DNA from: Mytilus californianus
Lineage: Eukaryota
Length of the DNA: 64,000 nt
Reading direction: 5' to 3'
NCBI RefSeq assembly: GCF_021869535.1
Contig: NW_026262581.1
Location: 128,712,001-128,776,000 of the forward strand
The notes under the pieces are model-generated. The model made no database searches. It was given only the letters and a program-made list of their open reading frames with translations, and was not told the origin of the DNA. This document shows positions 27,401 to 39,400 of this stretch, piece by piece. Positions within the stretch are counted from its first letter, which is position 1. Every line of letters begins with the position of its first letter. The position numbers and the translations under genes were made by a program.

Positions 27401-30400
27401 TGATAGTGTGATATTCTATTGTAGAGAAAGTTACAGATGGCCATGCTGAATGTTGGTCAGTTTGAACATGCTCTCAATGAACTACTTGCCTGGCTTGATA
27501 AAACTGACCAGTCTTTAGATGATGCTACTTCAGTGAACGGTGACCACAAATCAATAGAAATAGAACTTGCTAAACTCAAGGTAATTATTAACTTTAATAT
27601 TACACTTATAAGTAGTCCTTATTTTCGTTAAAGAAGGAGAAAAGTATGCAATTTTTTATTTTAAAGTACTATTCTGGTATCTGGATTAATCATTCTTTGG
27701 GTGCTAATTTTAATAGTTTTTGTAGGTTCAGGTGAACCACAAATTTAAGTGCTCAACAAAAACAAGTTTCATTAAGACTTGTAAGAAGAATTTTTCCTCA
27801 ATTCATTAAAATCAATACCCTACAAAATATATGAAGCCAGAGTATTTAACTTGTTTTAAGATTTGTCTGTAGAACTATGTTATATTGATATACATATATG
27901 AATTTGACATGATATAGCCATTTTATGGTGATGTGGTTTTAAAGAACAATAAGTGAAAAGGTAAATGTTTTCCATGTTTTCAGGTCATTCAAAATGACAT
28001 CGATGGCCACAAAGAAAGTGTAGATTCCTTGAAAGAAGCAGGTGTTCGTGTGGTTGCAAAGGAACCAGGTACTGACTCTCCTGTGAAAAGGAAGCTAAAT
28101 GAGATCAACACCATGTGGGGCCGTGTACAGGATAAATGTAACAACAAATATAAACGGCTCAAGGACGCTCTTAGAGAGGTAAAAACCTTGGATTTTGGAC
28201 TTTGACATTTCTGTATAAATTCTCTGTAAATAGATTTTATGGTCGAAAATAATGAAAATTTAATTATTTGCCCAGGAATAATAAGACAAATGAGCTTATA
28301 TGTCAGTATAGTTTGTTAAAGATTACTTTTTATCTCATTACCTTGGCACCAACAAGAGTTCTAGCTCATATGTCAATGTAAGAGTGTAATATGACAAAGT
28401 TTTGTATATTTATCTTATTTGCTTGGGACCAACAAGTCATACTACCTCATATCTCATTGTGAGAGTGTAATTTTATAACACATTTATTATTTTTCAGGCC
28501 AAGTCCTTTGCTGGTGATCTACAAGACACATTGGCCCATATGTCAGAGTTGGAAGATAATTTGATAACATCAACACCAGTTGGTGGCTTACCTGAGACAG
28601 CCAAAGAACAGTTTGAGAAATTCATGGTGAATACTAAGAACTTTTATAAAAATATCATTATTTTTTGTTTCTTTTCAAGGAGAATTTAGTTTTACAGCTC
28701 TTCTATAAAAGCATGCAAAGCAAACCTTTGATCAACTTGCTTGCTATGTTTGTTTGGATGTTTGTAAACAAAAGGTAGATAGTCTGTTTCAGTCTGTTTA
28801 CTATATAAAGGAATTTGATTGGACAATAAACATTAACTTCATTGCATTTCAATTTTTATTGTCCAATCAAATCCCAGTATATATAAAACAGACTGAAACT
28901 CCGCCTACCTATTGTTTGCAAACATCCAAGCAAACATAGCAAGCAAGTTGATCAAAGGTTTGCTTTGCATGCTTCTATATAAGAGCTGTAAGTTCACTCA
29001 GAGATCTAGAATTTATTTTTACATCTTGTTTTGAAAAAAAAATATGTTAGAACATAGCATTTGTTACTAATCATTATCAGTTAAAAGAACAGTATTTGGT
29101 ACTTATTCATTAGAACATACATACATCATAACTGAATTTGTAAATGTTCTGATATTCTGATGTTTAGCTTTCAAACTGTTCTGTAAATAAATGCATATAT
29201 ATACGAAGAATTTTGTGTACTGTAGCATGTGTACAATGAACTAGACAACACAGATAGAAGGATAGCTAAACTGACAGAAGCTGGAAACAAACTGGCAGCT
29301 AAAAAGTCTGACACTGCTGCTAATAGTATCAAACAGAGTCTGGCAATACTACACCATAGATGGGAAAATATCAGGACTAGAGCTGAGGATAGAAAAGTAT
29401 GTCATAGTGTGATTGGTTAATTGCATTTAAGATTAGACTATCATTTGCCCAAATATTGCTTCACTGTCTTGATTTGTTCTAAAATTTATATCAGAAAGAA
29501 CATCTTAGTAAGATTTGAGTGTTTTAAATATTTTCCAAATCAAGGATTAATTTGAATTGTAAGCTTTATTAACTGGTATGTATGGTTTTGATAATTGATA
29601 ATTTCTTTAAAAATGAAAAAGAAAAAAGAAACATAGTTATCAAATTGATGACAATCATGTTTATCATTATTAGGCTAAGCTAGAGAATGCTGTAGGACAA
29701 GCCAACAGTTTCAGTGATGACCTTAACAGGTTTATAGCCTGGTTAACAGACACAGAGAAGACACTAAACAACCTGAAACCAGTCAGTCGTCTGCTTGACA
29801 GAATAGCAGTTCAAATTGAAGACCACAAAGTAAGGAACTTGCTAATTATTTACATTTTATAATGGTTTGCCATACGAAGTTCAATCAAAATGCCTTTAAT
29901 ATGTTTCTTGTAAATTATGGTGAAAATATAAAATGATTCTGTAATTCTTGAGATTTTTCTTACTGTTTAGTGTTGAAAGATGTCAAACATTTGTTTTCAC
30001 ATGACATTGTTAACATTTTTAAATAGATAAAGAAAAATACTATTCTGTTTATTATTTCAGTAGAAATTGATTCAAATGTTGATTGCTTTTCATTTATTTA
30101 TGGTTTATATTTATTTCTTTGTCAGGCCTTACAGAAAGATGTCAGTAAGAACAGAGAGACTATGATAGCTCTAGACAAGACAGGAACACATCTAAAATAC
30201 TTCAGTCAGAAACAAGATGTCATCCTGATCAAAAATCTTCTGGCCAGTGTTCAACATCGCTGGGAGAAAATTGTATCCAGGAGTGCTGAGAGAACCAGGC
30301 ATCTAGAGAAGGGATATAAAGAAGCCAAACAGGTAAAGAATCATATCAAAATTGTTGTTTTATTTGGATGTGTATGTTGTTTTAACTTTCATCTTTTATG

Positions 30401-33400
30401 ATACAGAATTTATACATTTAACATAATATCATGCAAACATGGTTTTAATGAGAAATAAGAATATCAATATGAATAAATTGTAGTAGGTTGAAGTTTTGTA
30501 TGCTGTAATACAGTAGTATCAATCAATATTTTTAGTTCCATGCAATGTGGAGAGAGTTACTGGATTGGTTAAGAGAAGCAGAGAAGACCCTAGACTCTCA
30601 TCATCAAGTAGGAAATGATCCAATCAAAATAAAGGCTGAGATTGCAAAACATAAGGTATATAATCATTTTGTATTCTAAGAATTGTTCCTTAAATATATA
30701 TATGGAAGGTTGATAGTTAACAGATCGGTATTGAAAAGGTTGAAATATTTTTACAACGTTTTTTCTCATGAATACAGAAAGTATAGATCGGACACCATGA
30801 ATAAGTTTGTAAAGATAAATTGTTATCATACATAGTTTATCAATTTTTTTGATGCCATGATTCACTAAATAGGGAATTTTTAAATACTGAATATAAAAAT
30901 AAGGAGATGTGGTATAAATAGACTGTATAATTTTATTAATTTGTATATTATTTAAAGCCCGCAAACCAATACATTTTAGGGAAACCATAAAATGGCATAA
31001 CTTAATGAAGTTCTTTCACAGAATTAGATAGTCATTGACGTACACTCATTGCTGAACTGGTCAGATTCAGGATCATATATTTTACTTTTTATTTGCAGGA
31101 ATACCAACGAGGGATTGGTACCAGACAGCCATTATATGACAGTATCAACAGATCTGGAAGGACATTGAAGGACAAATGTCCAGCAGAAGATGTCACAGAT
31201 ATACAAAAAATGTTAATAGAACTGAAAACTAAATGGAACACAGTCTGTAGCAAATCTGTTGACAGGTAGGTGCTATTATTTATTTAGTTTTGGAGATTTT
31301 TTAATTGCCATATGTTTATTGTCTGTAATAAACTATTAAGAGCTGTGAAATGAAATATTTTAGATCTTTAGAAGGCAGCTTTAAAAAAAAAAATTTGAAA
31401 CAATGACTTTGAATTGTTGGAATTCCACTTTCTTCTAAATCTTGTGAATGTCTACCATCAAGGCAGATGGTTTGAGGAGTCTAAATTGTTGGCTGGTCAA
31501 TTCTCTAAATCACTACAAGATTTATATTTTTTTTCAGGCAAAGACAGTTGGAGGAGGCTTTGTTGTTTGCTGGACAGTTTTCTGAAGCATTACAAGCTCT
31601 GTTGGACTGGCTGGGTAAGGTAGAACCTACTCTGGGTGAGGATCAACCTGTTCATGGAGATATAGATACAGTCAATAACTTAATGGAGTCACATAAGGTA
31701 AGGTCTAGAAGAAATGACAGATGTTATCATTTGTATATTGTTTTATTGTATAAGTAGCAGTATATTTTGCTGAATAAATCCAATCTTGTTTGTTTACTTA
31801 TCTATTAAGTCCAACTTTCCTTTTCAACTATTAAGTACCGTAGAAAGGCTTGTATAGTCCGCGGTTTTATTCTCCAAAATTGGACCTTCTAGACGGGGTG
31901 CGGACTATAGAGTACAATAAGCAAGATATAAGAGAAAAATTTCAATTTCGCGGACGAGGTGGTTTGTTTACGTTCCGCCATCTTTGTTATTTATATTGTA
32001 GAGGGCGCTCTTATATTTTTTCAAACTAATAATTTTAACTCATCCATATTAATAAGTTATTTCTATTCAATATCAAATAATAACTGATAAATATAAAAAC
32101 TAAACCTTTCATTACAAATTTCTCGTTTCTTTTCAATGCATTGGTTGAAATAAACTGGTATCTGCTTGATTGAAACGATACAAACATAGTGAAAAAGACA
32201 ACCGTAAACCAGCTTAGAATTTGTAAACTACAAAACGTAATCGGTTATTGTTCGTTCCGTTTTGGTGTTTCATACTGACTAATATGGTTTGTATTAGCTT
32301 AAGACCATTCAAACATTAATGTGATAGATATATTAAAGACTGTTTTACAAAAGGATGGAACTTTTTTACTTTCAAAGTCGTATTATAGTGATATCTGTTA
32401 TGTACGGATTTCGACTCTCACCGGTTAATTTCTTCTTTTACACGTGCTTTTTAAACTTCCTGTTTAAACATACACAAGTTTCTAAATTGTTTTTTAAGTG
32501 AAATAAACTTATTTTAACAATCATGAAGCGTTCTAGAATCATTTACAAGCAGTTTCAGCTTCTGTTTGGTGATGGAAAACAGGTTTTTCCAAGAAAATAC
32601 CGCAAACGACCGCACAGGATTTGAAATTACCGGAGTTTCATTAGACCTTTTCTAACAGTTACAAAAAGTTTTTTTACCTAAAATTTCGTGGGGAGAAGGG
32701 GGTGCAGACTATGTACCAGTGCGAACTATACAAGCCTTTCTACGGTATGAATAAAATGAGATATACATATACATCAATGAGGCAGCAACCCAATGACAAA
32801 AAAAATTCAAAAACACATCTAGATGGCAACATACAGTTGGTGTCTATAAATATATGTCAAGCTCTAAATCATCCAGAGTCTGTAAAAGTTGTGTATAAAT
32901 TAAACAACCAAAGATCAACAACAAATTCTCCAAATACTAAAGAAATTTAGACATGACATAACACAACTGCTGATGAGGTTCCTGACTAGGGACAGCCACA
33001 GGAATATGTGGAGGGGTTAAACAATCTTTTTGAGATCTCAAGTTTTTAACAGGATAAACAGTAAACAGATATAGGAAAATGTAATATGACCTTTTATACT
33101 TTCTCATTGTTTTCAAGGCCTGATTTTTACATCCTATAATTTATGGAAATGGCCAAGCTTACTATTTGATTGACCAAAACAGATTGATCTCAATTCGGTT
33201 TTACTTTACAACATATTCTTTCTTTTTAAAGGCATATCAGCAGGAACTTGGTGCCAGAGCAAATACAGTAGAATTTGTAAGGAAACGTGCCAAGGAATTA
33301 ATGGATAAATCTGAAGGTGACATGTCACAGCAACAAGCAGAATTGATAGAGTTATCTACCCTGTGGGATAGGGTTTGTAAGCTGAGTGTCAACAAACAGG

Positions 33401-36400
33401 AACGACTGGAACAAGCACACAAACTTGTAAGTATAGAATCTCTTAATAAGAGTTATCTTTGTGACAAAGAGTTTCCAAGTTGATCAAGTCTTCACCTGTC
33501 ATTTGAAAAATTGGTTCTCTGGGATAAGATAGATTTTGTTGTTTACTTGCTCAAAGTCAGTGGTTAAAAAATTATCTGCTTTCTTCCAACAGATAACTTA
33601 AAGACACAAAATTGTACAAATGTATTAAAGATGGGGTTAAACCTCAGCAAATAAACAGTTACAGGCAATGTTTGGAAAATCTGATAACTTTTGAAAAGTT
33701 GCCTAATAAAGATGTTTTATGGCAAAATAACAATTTGATGAGGAAATTTTTGCGGCAATTGTATGAGGACAACAATCCTAGTTATTAGTTGGTAATTTGT
33801 CTATCAAGCTTTTCACTTATGTTCAATTTATAATAAATAATATTGTATATGTTTAGGCTGAAGAATTCCACAAGAAAGCCCAAGGACTGTTGGAATGGCT
33901 AGCATCAGCTGAGAGACAACTAAGATATAGAGGTCCAATACCTGATGAGGAACCTGCTCTAATCAAACATATAGAAGACCACAAGGTAAAAAATAGAATG
34001 TCATAAAGAACATTATGGTTTGAAGAAGTTAAGGTCAAGAAATAGGATGTACAAAAATATCCACATAATGCATAACATTCTGAACAATTTTAAGACCAAG
34101 AAATTTTGTATGGTAATTATTATATATGATAGTATGGTAATAGATATGATTTTAAAAAAGGTACAACTTAAAAACATACAAATGTGTAGGAGAAAGTGAA
34201 TTGATTATTTAAATGTGTAGTGTTATAAATGGTGTCATTTTGGTTTTTTTTTCTTCAGAAATTTGAGGAAGAACTAATGAGACAAGAAGCTCACCTGAGA
34301 GAGACATTGAACATAGGCCAGGATATAATGAAAAGATGTCACCCTGATGCCCTATCCACACTTAAGCATTGGCTATCTGCTCTTAAAGCCAGATGGGAAG
34401 AGGTGGGTATTGTTAAATATATTTTAGAATTCTACTGTAGGAGAAATGGTGTATAGATGTATGGTTTATCCTATTGTGAAATTAAGTTTGTCCTATAGTG
34501 GAAGTTTATATGATTATTAAGATCAGCCATGCTTACTGATGACAGATTATGGTAGTAAATTACTATCTCTGCATTTGTTACTGGACCCTGATAACAACTG
34601 TTCATCTGCTATGGTTGATTTTTAAAGACAAAGTTTTACACAATGCTCAATATTTTCTTTTTTCTCTTCTGTGATATGCAAACTTGCTGAATTCCCAATT
34701 TTTGCTTTACAGCAGGTTTGTTCCATTAACCACTGGATTTATAAGCAGTAGTCAATTGGATGTAATGGTTTAACAAATCACAAATAATAAGACTTATTGT
34801 CAATGATAAATGTTACTATTTTATACCAATTAGAAATTGAGTTAAATTGTTGCATGATAAAAAAACTAATACATATCTCTTTGTTTCAGTTGACTGGTAT
34901 GTGCAAGACCAGAGGTAAGAAAATGGCTGAAAACCTATCAACTGTCAGATCTAATACACGACTTCTGGATGATCTGTTAGCCTGGTTGAATGGAGCAGAG
35001 ACAACACTGATTAATGTAGACCAGGAACCCATTCCAGGGGACATTCAGGTCATCAATGACCTCATCAAAGACCATCAGGTACAGTATAAATACTCTCGTT
35101 TCTGGATTGGTTTTGTTCATTTTTTGTTAAAAAGTATTGCCTTCTTGATTTCATTGAGAATATAAAATTTGTGGTTTTGATTTACCAAAAAATTCCAGAA
35201 AATTGGCATCCATAATCAAATGTAATTTACAGTAACCATAACCGGAGAGATAGTTTGATGAATTACAAGAAATGTAGTTTTCTCATTTTTATATTTACAA
35301 CTTTGATTCTGTTTTTGTTGACAAATTTACACACATTTTGAGTAGTAACAAAAGCCCCTTGTTATAAGTCCCTCCTGACAGAGACCATCCCAATTTTACA
35401 GTCTTTTTAATAAACGAGTACTATTTTCTTTATTTTCAAATCCTCAAAGAAGAAATCACCTCTTACAAGATCACATTTTTCTGCTGGAAGAATGGCCTTT
35501 TGAGAGGGAAAACTGTTAAATTAAATGACTCGTCTTGTGTGTAACCTTATTTGGGACTTGCATTTTACATGACTTTTGTAGCACTTCATGAATGAAGTAT
35601 CGAGTAGACAGCCTGATGTTGACCGTTTGATAAAAGCTGACAAACAAAGAACAGCGTCCACTTCAGAACCAGCATCATACATTCCAGTATTGAGAAATAC
35701 ATCAGGAAGACACACACCTGTCAAACTAACTCCCAGGTAAATGGTCTATACTAATCAAACATTATCCATTTTCTTAAAGTTATGCTTATATCATAACTGT
35801 TTGGTAGTACAGTAATAAGTATTGCATCAGTGTGCACAAGAGAGAAAGAGGTCTTGAAATTTCTCTGTATTAGATCTAAAGAAATAAGGACATATAAATC
35901 AATGAGAGCAACCATTAAGAAAAAAGAAAAAGTATCTGTGATCAGTTCAGCATATGGAATACTTCTTCAATATATACATGAAAATAATGATTAAATGTGA
36001 TGTGTATGTACTTGTATAAATATGAAACATTTAGTATCAAAACTTTTTTACCATGTTCCTAAGTTTCAATAAAAAACAAGTTTTCAGGTGTAAAATATGA
36101 ATATCAATACATTTATAGGAAAGACACAGACAGTGGCAGAAGAACACCTGAACCATCATTCAGAAATCCTAGAACTGGTGCCCTGTTTAACAAATGGCGA
36201 GGAGTGTGGTTAATGACAATGGACAGACAACGGAAATTACAGGATGCTCTGGATCATTTGAATGAAGTCGAAAAATTAAAGAACTTTAGTTTTGATCCAT
36301 GGAGGAAAAGGTTCTTGCAATGGATGAGACATAATAAATCCCGCATTATGGAAATGTTCCGTCGTATCGACAGAGATAAGGATGGAAGAATAACACGCAG

Positions 36401-39400
36401 AGAGTTTATTGATGCTATCATATCTACAAGTAAGATTTATATATATTATCTTGACTATCAAACATATAATATAAATTTGAAGCCCACTTGACAACCATTT
36501 TATTGTATACAGAAGTATATAACAAAACAAATTTTTTTTTTTTTAACTGAATGATGATTTCTTGATATTTTCTTTTCAGAATTCCCTACAAGTCAGTTAG
36601 AGATGGACATTGTAGCCAACTTGTTTGATCGCAATGGCTCTGGATTAATTGATTACAAAGAATTTGTGTCTGCTCTCAGACCAGATACACACAAAGAGGT
36701 AAATCTTCTCTGAAACTGGAAGGCGAAATGTTTTGAAACTTTACAGGTTTGATGAAAAGGAGACTCTCTACATACTGTCCTCGTTAAAGGTTAATTTAAA
36801 GGCAAACATGACAGCATTGTTTACATATATGACAGCATTGTTTACACATATGACAGCATTGTTTACACATATGACAGCATTGTTTACACATAGTTCCCAT
36901 TAAAACTCTATGGAAAGTCACATGTTCAAATAAACGTATTTACACTTTTGGTATTTAGCTATATTTTGCCTCCGAATGACCTTAGATCTACTCCGAATCA
37001 CCTTTTGACGTCAGGCAACAATCACTTTTTAATTGTGACGTCAAATGTTTTGAATTATGATGTCAAAGTTTACGGGAACCTGTGTGATTTTACGTAATGG
37101 CGGACAAATTTGCATACAAGTGTAAATACGTCTATTCTTTTTGTTCTATTTTCTATTTTCTATGTTCAATATTTTCTTATTTACTAATGGATGTATTTGT
37201 CATACTTTGAATGGAATTAACATTTTGAAATGAAATTAATTTTACATTTTTGTTTTGTTTTTCAGCTTGATAAAAATTTGACTGATTCAGAAAAGATCCA
37301 CGATGAAGTACATGAACAGGTGTCGAAATGTACCTGTGTAAAACAGTTCCGTATCCACAAAATAGGAGAAGGAAAATACAGGGTATGTATTGCACAGTAT
37401 CATGGCACGATATTTATTGTATGTTTCCACGGGTATTTCTTAAAAGTTTGTTTTCAGAGAATTTGGGTTTTATTCTGTACAGGAACAGATAGGTCATCAT
37501 AAACGGTACTTGAAAATAGAATGGGATTTTTTTTTTTAAATGGTGAAAGGAATATGACAGTATTGAGGTTAGTTAGTCTTGCGCTACAAAGAAATAAGTC
37601 ATTGTAGTTACCATAGCAGGTATGTAAATTATTATACAAAGTAAACAAAATTGATTAATTTATATATTATATTTGTGTAAAACAGAGCTAGAATATGTTA
37701 TGTAGTTTTTAGAAGGTTACATTTATGCACCAATTTTTTTTGCTAATTGCTTTGTGAATATTGCAGCCAGATGGGGAAAATAATAAATGACAGATTTTAA
37801 GATTTGGATTATTAATTTGTATAAAAATTCACAAATTTCAACTGTGTGGAAAAGATAAATTTATGTTTCTAGGGTGATGATACCCTACAGATTATATGTA
37901 TAACGGTGAGAATCGCACAGACAGCATGTGGCTCATGTTGGTAATGGGCTAGCACTGTGTGTCACATGTCTGTTTCCATGGCGATTGTCACTAGGCGTAG
38001 GCTTCAACACCAATGCTTTGACATTGTGTTTTGCTTCGTTTTTGGGAAACGCAGTGTTTGCTCCTCTTTCAATTGCCGTCTGTTTTCTCTTGGGTTTTTT
38101 TAAGATTTTAATTTTTTTTTCTTTTAATAAAATCTAAATATAAACATTTCATTAAAAATAGATCTGACTTATGTAGCTTAATGGAAGAAATCAAAATCTT
38201 ATTCAAATGAATCATGTTACAATGTATGTGACTTTAAATATTTTTAAATTCTTTGATGTACATTGTAGTTGTTATTGCCACATACATATATAAGGTTTAA
38301 GAATATGTTTTTCATACCTTTGTTAACAAAACTTAGTATTGCTTGCTTAAAAAGTCAGTCATAGTAGCTATTGGTTAAGGGGCACAAGCTTCATAGTTAT
38401 AGATAGCCTTAAACTGTTTGGTGCTGTTGTTTTTGATAAGGCAGATTAAAAAGTACACTGAAAAGCAATAGTTTGCAGTTTATGATTTTCCTTTGAAATA
38501 AATTTGTATTTGATTTACAATTATTGAATTCAAATAGACAATTGCCATGGAGACATAGATTTAACAGTTAGGTCAGTTTTGTGTCTTAGATTAATCCTTA
38601 GTAGTTTAAATTTTGATTTAACTTTTTTAAGTAGTTAAATAATTCATAGACTTTATTTGTGTCTGATGATTGAAATGTATACCGGGTATGTTACCATTCA
38701 AACAATAGATTACGTTTGTTTATAAGAATCAGTGTGTAGTAAACATGTTGGGAAAAGCAAGACAGTAAATTCAGAGTATGCAGTAGCATTAAACAAGGCT
38801 GCATTCTAATATCCTTTACATGTATCTGAAAATACCAACTGTATGCATTGAAAAGCATCCCAAAAATAGGACCTATCTCATCAAAAGTCATTTTGTTTGC
38901 TTAAAACTTTTTGTAAAAATTGAATGCATGCCCTACACAAATAGATTGAACAAAACAAAAAAGAAAGACTTCTTGTAAAGCACAAATGCTACATCCAGCA
39001 TTATTGTTATTTTGCTTGTTCATAACAAACAAATAAGGACAGGAAAAGAAATACTATATGTAGAAAACCATCTACTGACTATTGTGTCACATAGAAAGTT
39101 TTGGGCTATGTAGCAGTTTTTCCCATTTAGTTATTTACATACCTGCCAACCTCTGAAACCTTCAAAGAGGGAGATCTCCCTCTCAACTATGACGGCTGAG
39201 GGGGAGATTTTGCGCGAACGACATTTTCAAGTGAAATATATGACGTGTTTATTTATAAATCTACGAAACACATATAAGAGTTAATAAATATACTTTGTTT
39301 CTTTAAATATGGTTATATCCTACAGAAGGTGTGTTGCTTGTTTCTTTCCTATTTCATCAATTTTGACATTTGAATCCCTTCCGGACAACTTTCACTCCAG

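Noticed and set aside
32968-33000. CTGATGAG hammerhead-like core in a Penelope-related fragment
   Set aside because: No GAAA partner or stems, and the motif is not shared by the related copies in the window
38039-38053. FLGNA peptide resembling the vertebrate FFLGNQ GAR microexon
   Set aside because: No acceptor in the required phase; the nearest AGs lead to stops in frame 0, and the donor is weak
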